From an uncultured archaeon (GTDB taxonomy: Archaea > Nanobdellota > Nanobdellia > Pacearchaeales > GW2011-AR1), in contig CABMGE010000007.1 in the NCBI GenBank assembly GCA_902385625.1, forward strand, positions 1,565 to 65,564: 64,000 nt of DNA, given 5' to 3'. Shown one piece after another: positions 56,683-64,000 of this stretch (position 1 is the stretch's first letter; every line of letters begins with the position of its first letter). Position numbers and translations under genes: made by a program. The notes beneath the pieces were generated by a model, which saw nothing but the letters and a program-made list of their open reading frames with translations, had not been told where the DNA came from and did not search any database.

Positions 56683-57081
56683 ATGACAACAAATAAAGAG
56701 AAACTCAAGGGAAAGATGATGAAAAAAATAAAAAAAATGATAGAGACAATAGTAATAAGCATGAAAGCCAGACGGATAAATCCGCTTGAGGCAGTAAGGC
56801 AAATAGAAGCAGCAATAGGCGGAATTACTGCTGTAAATTACAGAAAAGGTCTAACAATTCAAAATCATACAAGAAGAGAAAGTATAGACACTAGAGGACT
56901 TAGTAAAAAAGAATCAAAGATGGTTGATGAACTTGCAACACTTGCTTATTTACAAGCTCAAAGAAATGGAAGTAGAACCCCTGGCGAAGTTCATCTTGAC
57001 CATGGACTTAGTTCTAAGCATTATGCAAAACAATTCAAAGAATATGCAGGAGGGCTTGTAGAAAAATACGCAACTCCTTAA
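56683..57081 (+). CDS. hypothetical protein (operon gene 1)
   Basis: 132 aa; 1-nt gap to the next gene. Confidence 0.4.
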   Translation: MTTNKEKLKGKMMKKIKKMIETIVISMKARRINPLEAVRQIEAAIGGITAVNYRKGLTIQNHTRRESIDTRGLSKKESKMVDELATLAYLQAQRNGSRTPGEVHLDHGLSSKHYAKQFKEYAGGLVEKYATP

Positions 57082-57082
57082 A

Positions 57083-57358
57083 ATGGGATTTAGATATATT
57101 AGTTATAATGAAATAGAGCCTGAAGAAGCCAAGTATAACTTGGTAGGGCTTGATAGTGGAACTTATTTTGTGCCACTTTTTGAAGGAGATGTTGCTTCTG
57201 GGAATAAGAGAGAAAGACCAACAATTGCATTTAGACAAATAAGAGAAATATACAGTGAAGAAAGAGGAACTGGTTACCTGACTGTTTCTGTAAAAAATCC
57301 TAAAACACTTGAACAAATTTCCTTGCAAATGGCAAAGGATGCAATGGAGGATGAATAA
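57083..57358 (+). CDS. hypothetical protein (operon gene 2)
   Basis: 91 aa. Confidence 0.4.
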   Translation: MGFRYISYNEIEPEEAKYNLVGLDSGTYFVPLFEGDVASGNKRERPTIAFRQIREIYSEERGTGYLTVSVKNPKTLEQISLQMAKDAMEDE

Positions 57359-57359
57359 A

Positions 57360-57914
57360 ATGACAACAGGACTGCAAAAATATCAGGATTTAGTAACTGA
57401 AAACTGGACAAGATTTTCTGAAATACATACTCCTGAATCATGGTTTGTTTCACCTGATGTTTATTATACTGATAGTTTAAAAAAATTAAAAAAACAGTCA
57501 ATTAACGAAGTTTTAGGAGAAGAAATTATTACTCCAAAAGCAGTTGCACTTACTGGAATTCGAGACTTGGGATTATTTGTTCCAGGAATACTTGTTTCTG
57601 AAGGCGGAGGAGTTAAACTCGAACTTGAGAGCCAGGTTTTATCACTCATGACATATGCTCCTAAAAAAATAGAACTTCCTTCAGACCGAGGCATAAAAAG
57701 ACATTATCTTTTTTTACTCAGTGAAAAATCCTATGATAAGGAAAGATTATCTGCAACACAAGAGAAAAATCTTTCCAGATTTGTAGAAAAAGCAATTGAT
57801 TGTTCTATACTTTTCAAATCTAAAAGATTTCTTCAGGATTATGAATCTATTTCAGCAGCTATTCGAAAAAATGCAGATAAATATTCAAGAGAATTACAAG
57901 GAGCATTTAGGTAA
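57360..57914 (+). CDS. hypothetical protein (operon gene 3; start moved to the first ATG after the upstream stop)
   Basis: The ORF-track start at 57309 overlaps the previous gene. The ATG at 57360 follows the TAA directly. Confidence 0.4.
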   Translation: MTTGLQKYQDLVTENWTRFSEIHTPESWFVSPDVYYTDSLKKLKKQSINEVLGEEIITPKAVALTGIRDLGLFVPGILVSEGGGVKLELESQVLSLMTYAPKKIELPSDRGIKRHYLFLLSEKSYDKERLSATQEKNLSRFVEKAIDCSILFKSKRFLQDYESISAAIRKNADKYSRELQGAFR

Positions 57915-57915
57915 A

Positions 57916-58587
57916 ATGACTGAAGAAAATTCCACAACACCGCAAGAAAAACAATATTTTGAATTGGAAAAAAACTGGAATGAAGAATTAAGAGACTGGT
58001 ATAAAAAAGGAGAAAGATCAATGGAACAAATATCAAGAGAAACAGGAATTCCAAGACCTACACTTCGCGATTATATTGCCGGTGCAATAACTGACCTTGA
58101 TCGAGTTTCAGGTGAAAGAAGAATGCAGCTTTACAATCTAACTGGCCTTGAATTTTTTAAAGTTGAAGAAGGTTATGAAAAGAAGCCAAACCTGGTTCCT
58201 GGAAGAAAGAAAAAGAGATCCAAGATAGTTATTGAAAATAAAAATACAAGAAAAAAAGAAAGTATTATAATCCAAAATAATCTGACAGGAATTCAAAAAC
58301 TTGAAGCAGGACTTTTAAAATGCCAAGAGTATAAACCAAGTTATGAAAAAAGAGCAGATGCTGTAATGGAGTTACTTGATGTCTTGGCAGAAGAAATTGA
58401 TTATTACAGAAGTGCTAGTTCGAATGAAAGAAGTGTTCTTGTTGATAGACTTAAAAAAGATCCTGAAAGCTTTTCATATGTTACGCAGATTTTGAATGTT
58501 ATTTACCAAGGAAAGCAAATGGATGCATGGATGATGATGATTGAAGCTCCAAGCAAGATAAAAAGAATAAGAAGGGAGAGACAATGA
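57916..58587 (+). CDS. HTH-containing protein (operon gene 4)
   Basis: SMEQISRETGIPRPTLRDYIAG resembles a helix-turn-helix. The ATG at 57916 sits 1 nt after the upstream stop. Confidence 0.4.
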   Translation: MTEENSTTPQEKQYFELEKNWNEELRDWYKKGERSMEQISRETGIPRPTLRDYIAGAITDLDRVSGERRMQLYNLTGLEFFKVEEGYEKKPNLVPGRKKKRSKIVIENKNTRKKESIIIQNNLTGIQKLEAGLLKCQEYKPSYEKRADAVMELLDVLAEEIDYYRSASSNERSVLVDRLKKDPESFSYVTQILNVIYQGKQMDAWMMMIEAPSKIKRIRRERQ

Positions 58588-60188
58588 CGCCTGATAATTA
58601 TGTTCGTTTTCATGAGCAAGGACAGGGAAGAGCATTAATTGAACTTGCACGAGCATATCATCCACGAAGTGCAATTCGAGAACTAGTTACAAACAGCTTA
58701 GATGACAGAGTAAAAAAAGGTGTTACTGAAAATATCTATCTTACACTTGATCCTTATCAAAAAAGGATTGTTGTTTTTGATAATGGAAATGGAATTGCAG
58801 AGGAAAAATTATTTTCTCTTGCGACAAGTGTTGGTTTTTCAACTAAAGCAGGACAAGTTGATATGAGGGGTGAAAAAGCCCTTGGACTTCTTGCATTTGG
58901 TTCAATTGGAGATGTTATGCACATTATTACAAGGCCTTATGGAAGTGCTCAAAAAAATTATGGATATACTAGATGGGAGATAGATGATTCAAAGCACAGA
59001 ATACCCTTTGTAAATCAAGAACTTAGTCCTGATCAGGTAGAAGATTCATTTGGATCTTTTTCATATGGAACAAAGGTTGTAATTGACAGAGTTAATTCCC
59101 ATATATTTGAAAAAGTCTTAACTCCTGCAAATTTAAAAGATGGACTCAGATCACTTTACAATCCAGCGCTTAGAAAAGGAATTGCTAAAATTTATGTTGG
59201 AAAATATGATAAAAGATCAAAAAAAGTCAAATTTGAAGAGATAAAAGCTATAGAGTATGAAAAAGAATCTTCTCTTCTTTTAATAGATCAGACATTACAG
59301 ATTCCAATTAAAAATGAGGAGCAACCTGGAAATCTAGAAGTTTTATTATTTATTGATCCTGAAGCTTCGAGAGACAAGGTAGCAGTTTGCTCTAAAGATG
59401 TTCAGGTTTATGAATCAATAACTGAACTTACAGAATTTGCAAAACATCCGGTTTGGAGTTCTGGAAAAGTAACAGGTTATATCAATGATCATTTTAATAA
59501 ATTAATTCTTGGAAGAGATGGAATTGACAGAACAAGAAATGCATTCAAATCATGGTACTCAACTCTCGAAGAGATTGCTGAAAAACTCAGGCCAATTGTT
59601 GAAGAGAATAAGAAAAAAGGCAAAAAAGTAAAAGAACAAAAATATATTCAAGAGGCATTCAGAGCCCTTTCTGATGTATGGAGAGACCTTAGAAAAGAGG
59701 ACTCAGAAGAAGATTATATTGTAAATCCTGAAGGAGAAGAAATTATAAAGGTTAGAGAAGAAGAAAGAAAAGAAAGCGAGAAAAAAGGGAGCGAACATGA
59801 AAAATCAAAGGAAAAAGTTGTCAATCATGACAAAGAAGGAGAAAAAACAATAAGAGTTTCCAGAAAAAAAGTTCCTTTTGCATGCCCACTTCCACTTGAA
59901 TTTTCACAGCATGAAATGCATCTTAGAAGCAGATATGAACATCAGTTAGGAAGACTTTACATTAATTCACTACATCCAGACTATCAAGCAAGAGTTGATT
60001 TAACAGATCCTTCTCCATTTATCAGATATAATGTAGAAATACTTGCAAAAGAAGCTTCTAGTAATGAAATAAGAAAAATGAGTGAATCAAGAAGGCTAAT
60101 TGGAAATCCGAATGAAATAGTTGAAATGGCTATGCAAAGAGAAGAACAACTAAGATTCCTTGCACTTGAAAGACTTGGAATTATCTAA
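58584..60188 (+). CDS. GHKL-superfamily ATPase domain protein (operon gene 5)
   Basis: N-box ELVTNSLDD, G1-box VFDNGNGI, and a G2-like GLLAFGSIG. It has an ATGA overlap with gene 4. Confidence 0.6.
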   Translation: MTPDNYVRFHEQGQGRALIELARAYHPRSAIRELVTNSLDDRVKKGVTENIYLTLDPYQKRIVVFDNGNGIAEEKLFSLATSVGFSTKAGQVDMRGEKALGLLAFGSIGDVMHIITRPYGSAQKNYGYTRWEIDDSKHRIPFVNQELSPDQVEDSFGSFSYGTKVVIDRVNSHIFEKVLTPANLKDGLRSLYNPALRKGIAKIYVGKYDKRSKKVKFEEIKAIEYEKESSLLLIDQTLQIPIKNEEQPGNLEVLLFIDPEASRDKVAVCSKDVQVYESITELTEFAKHPVWSSGKVTGYINDHFNKLILGRDGIDRTRNAFKSWYSTLEEIAEKLRPIVEENKKKGKKVKEQKYIQEAFRALSDVWRDLRKEDSEEDYIVNPEGEEIIKVREEERKESEKKGSEHEKSKEKVVNHDKEGEKTIRVSRKKVPFACPLPLEFSQHEMHLRSRYEHQLGRLYINSLHPDYQARVDLTDPSPFIRYNVEILAKEASSNEIRKMSESRRLIGNPNEIVEMAMQREEQLRFLALERLGII

Positions 60189-60225
60189 TCATAGTTTAGG
60201 GGTGTATTGTAAGGAGGCAAATAAA

Positions 60226-60807
60226 ATGACAAGAAAATATAATACAAAAGCAGTTCAAAAACCACTCTCAGAAGTAGTTGCTGAAAGAAGGGGATTTTAT
60301 GAAAAAAGAATAGGAAAAGCTTTTGATTCTGTTTATGCAAGTGGAAATTTCCAATATATAGAGAAATTTGAAAATGTTATTCTTGGAATTACCCAAAGAG
60401 CAGTACAAGGAAATCTTGAAGGCATTGTCATAAAACCACTGGACTCTGCAATTGTAGTTGCAACTCAAGCAACTGGAAAACCAGTTTTAACAAAAGAAAC
60501 TTATGCAACTGCCAGGGGATCTGGAATGACAAATGAGCAGATAAAAAAAGCTTATAGGATTGAAAATAAGTTTTCTCTTGGAGGTTTTACTTCAGCTTAT
60601 GAAAAGAAAAAGAAAGTTCAAGAAGCAAAAGACCCAAGACCAAAGCTTACATATCAGCTTTTTGTTGCTGCAAGAGATGCTGGAGTTACTAACAAACAGA
60701 TAATACAACAGTACAAAAGAGAGTATCCAAGGCAAGTTAATGTTTTTAGCATGGAATATGTAAAAGCTAAACGAGCTGCAGCAAGTCCTACACCTCAAAC
60801 TCAATAG
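60226..60807 (+). CDS. hypothetical protein with an internal duplicated motif (operon gene 6)
   Basis: AAGGAGG Shine-Dalgarno sequence 8 nt upstream. The repeats ARGSGMTNEQIKKAY and ARDAGVTNKQIIQQY match each other. Confidence 0.45.
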   Translation: MTRKYNTKAVQKPLSEVVAERRGFYEKRIGKAFDSVYASGNFQYIEKFENVILGITQRAVQGNLEGIVIKPLDSAIVVATQATGKPVLTKETYATARGSGMTNEQIKKAYRIENKFSLGGFTSAYEKKKKVQEAKDPRPKLTYQLFVAARDAGVTNKQIIQQYKREYPRQVNVFSMEYVKAKRAAASPTPQTQ

Positions 60808-60981
60808 ATAAATATTTTTTATTTTTTTATTTTTTTTAAAAATCAATTTTTTTCTGAATGTTGTCTGTTTTAAGACAGCCTAGGTATTTAATAGTTAACG
60901 GCGTTAACTCTTTGTTTTTACAATTTTTTATAGATATGCCCCATTTTGGGGCAATATCTGTATGAAAAAGTCCTTGTGTTT

Positions 60982-61003
60982 ATCCACACCTTTTGGTGTG
61001 GAT
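60982..61003 (+). terminator. perfect 8-bp-stem hairpin (atccacac cttttg gtgtggat) followed by a T-run
   Basis: Palindrome read directly from the sequence. It lies between the six-gene operon and the sugar cluster. Confidence 0.4.
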
Positions 61004-61040
61004 TTAAATTTTCAGGGATAAAAAAATAAAATATCTACAA

Positions 61041-61670
61041 ATGACCATGAATATACTCGCTATTGGTGCTCATCCAGATGATGTTGAACTAGGTTGTGGT
61101 GGAACTATTTCCAAACACCTTTTAATCGGAGATGTAGTTTATGTTCTTATCCTCACTAATGGTGAAAAAGGAAATCATGACCTAAATAAACAAGAATGTT
61201 TTAATTCTCTTGAAAAACTTGGAATAAACAGGTCAAATGTACTTTTTGGCAATTTTTCTGATGGATTTGTTGTGTCAGACCAAAAACTTATTGATTTTAT
61301 GGAAAAGAAAATTAATGAACTGAATATTGAAAGAGTATATTGCCATTATCCCTATGACAGACATCAGGATCACAGAAACAGCAGTACTGCAGCATCTTCT
61401 GCAGCAAGAAAAATACCAACTCTCCTTCTTTACCAAGGTCCTTCTACTTCTGTTGACTTTGAGCCGCATTATTTTATAGATATATCTCCGGAAATGCTAA
61501 GTAAGAAAATTAATGCACTAAGCTGCTATGAAAGCCAGACAAAAAAGAATATTATAAATCTGGAATGGGTAAGAAGCCTTGCAGTAATAAATGGAATGAG
61601 AGTATACACCAAATATGCTGAAGCATTTGCACTAAATCATATGGTTGAAGGAGGAGGAAAAAATGTCTGA
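61041..61670 (+). CDS. PIG-L/LmbE-family N-acetylglucosaminyl deacetylase
   Basis: AHPDDVELGCGGT (HPDDxE) motif with downstream His/Asp. Confidence 0.8.
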   Translation: MTMNILAIGAHPDDVELGCGGTISKHLLIGDVVYVLILTNGEKGNHDLNKQECFNSLEKLGINRSNVLFGNFSDGFVVSDQKLIDFMEKKINELNIERVYCHYPYDRHQDHRNSSTAASSAARKIPTLLLYQGPSTSVDFEPHYFIDISPEMLSKKINALSCYESQTKKNIINLEWVRSLAVINGMRVYTKYAEAFALNHMVEGGGKNV

Positions 61671-62421
61671 AGTAATTGTTTCATGTCATCAGCCAAATTT
61701 CATGCCCTATCTGGGATTTTTTGATAAAATGAAAAAATCAGACATATTTGTAATCAGAGATGAAGTTCTTTTTACTGATTCAGATTATCATCATAGAAAC
61801 AGAATAAGAATTAATGGACATGATAATTATAATGATCCTCAATTTAAGTGGATAACTATTCCGGTAAATAAAATCAATGATCACATAATGCATGTATCTA
61901 TAAAAAAAGATGCAAAAATAAAAAATAAACCCTGGAAACAATCAATACTGCATGATATTGAATCAAATTATAGAAATACTCCTTTATTTTCCAGACTTTT
62001 TCCAAGTATAAAACAGATTTTTGAAGAAGATGATGATGAAAGTCTTATATCAATTAATATGAAGATTATTCATTTAATCAAGGAATTATTTGGAATTAAT
62101 ACAAAAATAATGTTTGCAAGTGAACTGGGTCTTAAATCAGAACATTATGAAAAGACAGATGCTTCAGTTGATCTTGCAAATATATGCAAACAGCTCAATG
62201 CAGATGTATATTTATCAGGATCAGGTGGAAGAAATTATCTTAATCTGGATAAATTTGATGAATATGGGATAGAAGTCAGGTTTCATGACTTTTCACATCC
62301 ATTGTACAGACAAAATTATCCTGGATTTTTACCAAACATGTCTGCTATTGATTATTTGTTCTGCACAGGTAATCTTGCTATTGAAAATAAAATGATTTTA
62401 ACACATGGAACTTATAATTGA
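61657..62421 (+). CDS. WbqC-like family protein
   Basis: N-terminal CHQPNFMPYLGFFDK signature. Confidence 0.6.
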   Translation, partial: EKMSEVIVSCHQPNFMPYLGFFDKMKKSDIFVIRDEVLFTDSDYHHRNRIRINGHDNYNDPQFKWITIPVNKINDHIMHVSIKKDAKIKNKPWKQSILHDIESNYRNTPLFSRLFPSIKQIFEEDDDESLISINMKIIHLIKELFGINTKIMFASELGLKSEHYEKTDASVDLANICKQLNADVYLSGSGGRNYLNLDKFDEYGIEVRFHDFSHPLYRQNYPGFLPNMSAIDYLFCTGNLAIENKMILTHGTYN

Positions 62422-63913
62422 ACCTTTAACAAAAGAACATCTTGAAAAAAGAATAAATGATTTGTTTGAACTGGAAAGTGACTGGACACGAGTAGGTGAA
62501 ACTTCATGGAATCATGAAAGTTTCAATCTGGAACTTCCTGGAAAATGGGAATTGAGCTTGTTTGCTTCTCTTGATCAAAAAATAGTTGGATATGCGATTG
62601 CATCTTACGAAGGAAATATTGCAAGATTAAACAAACTAGTAGTTGATAATAACTTTAGAAGAATGGGGATTGCCACAAGATTATGGGAGTCTATTCTTAA
62701 AAAATGCAGAGAAATTGGGGCCCATAGCCTTGAATTTAAAGTTCTTATGGATAATTATTCTGCAATAGAATTTTATAAAAATAAAAAATGCATAATCAAT
62801 GGAACATCCCAAGGTACTGATGGAAAAGACAGGCATAATGTTAGATATGTATTCAAGACTGAAATAATAAGACACTCCAGACCTACGATTGAGGAAGACG
62901 ATGCAAAAGCAGTATATGATATTCTCAAAAGTGGAAACATTAATACAAAAGAAATTGTCAGTGAATTTACAGGAAAATTTACAAACTTTGTAGGCAAAAG
63001 ATTTGGTGCTGCAACTAACAGTGGAACAAGCGCGCTTTACCTTGCACTCAGAGTTCTTGATATTTCAGAAGGTGATGAAGTAATTATTCCTTCTTATGTT
63101 TGCGAATCTGTACTAAATGCAGTAACTTATTCAAAAGCAACTCCTGTAATTGCAGATATTAATCCAGACTATAATCTTTCTTTTGAAGATACTCAAAAAA
63201 AAATAAATCCTAAAACAAAGGCAATAATACTTCCACATATGTTTGGTAGTCCTTCAAGTGAAACAGAAGAATTTGTGAAACTTGGTATTCCAATTATTGA
63301 AGATTGTGCTACGTCTGTTGGTGCAGAACATAATAATCAAAAAGTTGGAAGTTTTGGAAATATTTCAATATTTTCATTTTATGCTACAAAAGTTATAACC
63401 ACTGGAATGGGCGGGATGCTTGCAACAGATGACCCTGATGTCACAGAAAGGGTAAATGATTTACTCAAACATGATAATCGAACTGAGCTTGGTGAAAATT
63501 ATAATTATGGAATGAATGATGTTCAGGCAGCACTTGGAATTACACAATTAAACAAGATTGATTATTTTATTGATAAAAGAAAAGAAATAGCCGAGATATA
63601 TGGATTATTACTAAAGGACTCTAAGTTTTCACTTCCAAATAATTCTGAAAATATTTTCTTTAGATATATTATAAAAACAGATAATGCTGAAAAATTAATA
63701 GAAAATTTAAGGAGCAGAGGAATTGAAGCTTCAAGACCGGTTTTTATTCCTCTTCATAGATATCTTAAACTTCCTGATTTAGATTTTCCAAATACAGTCA
63801 GTGCATATAATGAATCTGTTTCAATACCAATATATCCTACAATGACCAAACAAGAGATCTATGATACTGTAGGAATCATGCTAAACTCAGAAAGTAATGG
63901 AGGTTTAGAATGA
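62405..63913 (+). CDS. fused GNAT N-acetyltransferase / DegT-DnrJ-EryC1 PLP-dependent sugar aminotransferase
   Basis: Residues 1-150 form a GNAT domain (RRMGIATRLW). The remainder is DegT-like (GTSALYLAL ... ATKVITTGMGGML). Confidence 0.75.
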   Translation: MELIIEPLTKEHLEKRINDLFELESDWTRVGETSWNHESFNLELPGKWELSLFASLDQKIVGYAIASYEGNIARLNKLVVDNNFRRMGIATRLWESILKKCREIGAHSLEFKVLMDNYSAIEFYKNKKCIINGTSQGTDGKDRHNVRYVFKTEIIRHSRPTIEEDDAKAVYDILKSGNINTKEIVSEFTGKFTNFVGKRFGAATNSGTSALYLALRVLDISEGDEVIIPSYVCESVLNAVTYSKATPVIADINPDYNLSFEDTQKKINPKTKAIILPHMFGSPSSETEEFVKLGIPIIEDCATSVGAEHNNQKVGSFGNISIFSFYATKVITTGMGGMLATDDPDVTERVNDLLKHDNRTELGENYNYGMNDVQAALGITQLNKIDYFIDKRKEIAEIYGLLLKDSKFSLPNNSENIFFRYIIKTDNAEKLIENLRSRGIEASRPVFIPLHRYLKLPDLDFPNTVSAYNESVSIPIYPTMTKQEIYDTVGIMLNSESNGGLE

Positions 63914-64000
63914 AAGGCATTATTTTTTTAATAATATTACTTTTAACACCACTTGCTTTGGCAGCGGATCAGACAGCAACTATTTACTCGGGTAAATCGG
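63911..64000 (+). CDS. 3'-truncated secreted protein
   Basis: Signal-peptide-like N-terminus running to the window end. Confidence 0.3.

Noticed and set aside
57309-57914. ORF-track start at 57309 (and 57796 for the next gene), giving long overlaps with upstream genes
   Set aside because: In-frame ATGs at 57360 and 57916 lie 1 nt after the upstream stop codons, the same coupling seen throughout the operon, so the shorter versions are preferred.

Overview
This is a very AT-rich (~30% GC) archaeal window. The archaeal/eukaryal ribosomal proteins uL16 (L10e) and eL33 (L35Ae), plus a tRNA-Arg with the archaeal-type GCG anticodon, support that. Gene content suggests a DPANN-like, small-genome archaeon with many membrane and surface proteins of unknown function; that placement is inference. 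Calls I am confident in are ribose-phosphate pyrophosphokinase (prs), HtpX, LemA, the two ribosomal proteins, RecQ, an HD-domain protein, a hyf-ordered complex-I/hydrogenase-like membrane module, an ArsR/thioredoxin-like/DUF318-permease triad, and a cytochrome-b5/NOX-like pair. I am also confident in a radical-SAM/SPASM enzyme, three tandem eukaryotic-like Ser/Thr kinases, a GHKL ATPase, and a PIG-L/WbqC/GNAT-DegT sugar-modification cluster. The most unusual regions are: (1) 34.2-37.0 kb, a tandem array of four paralogous, strongly RBS-driven genes for secreted low-complexity G/Y/H/W/F-rich peptides, each with a conserved ~150-nt promoter/5' leader holding an 8-bp inverted repeat and a conserved GGGTTGC...GCAACCC hairpin; (2) an AlbA-like rSAM/SPASM maturase translationally coupled to an unannotated 48-aa peptide gene; (3) a six-gene, translationally coupled operon of unknowns centred on a GHKL ATPase and an HTH protein; (4) an eight-gene operon ending in an RHH regulator and three membrane-spanning Ser/Thr kinases; (5) three ~28-bp copies of the tRNA-Arg 3' end (att-like), each closing a one-gene cassette; (6) three intergenic regions built from pairwise combinations of three conserved sequence modules; and (7) a hydrogenase-4-like complex whose NuoB- and NuoD-like subunits have lost their metal-ligand cysteines (Ehr-type). 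Everything here comes from reading the sequence and the ORF track; no database search was run.
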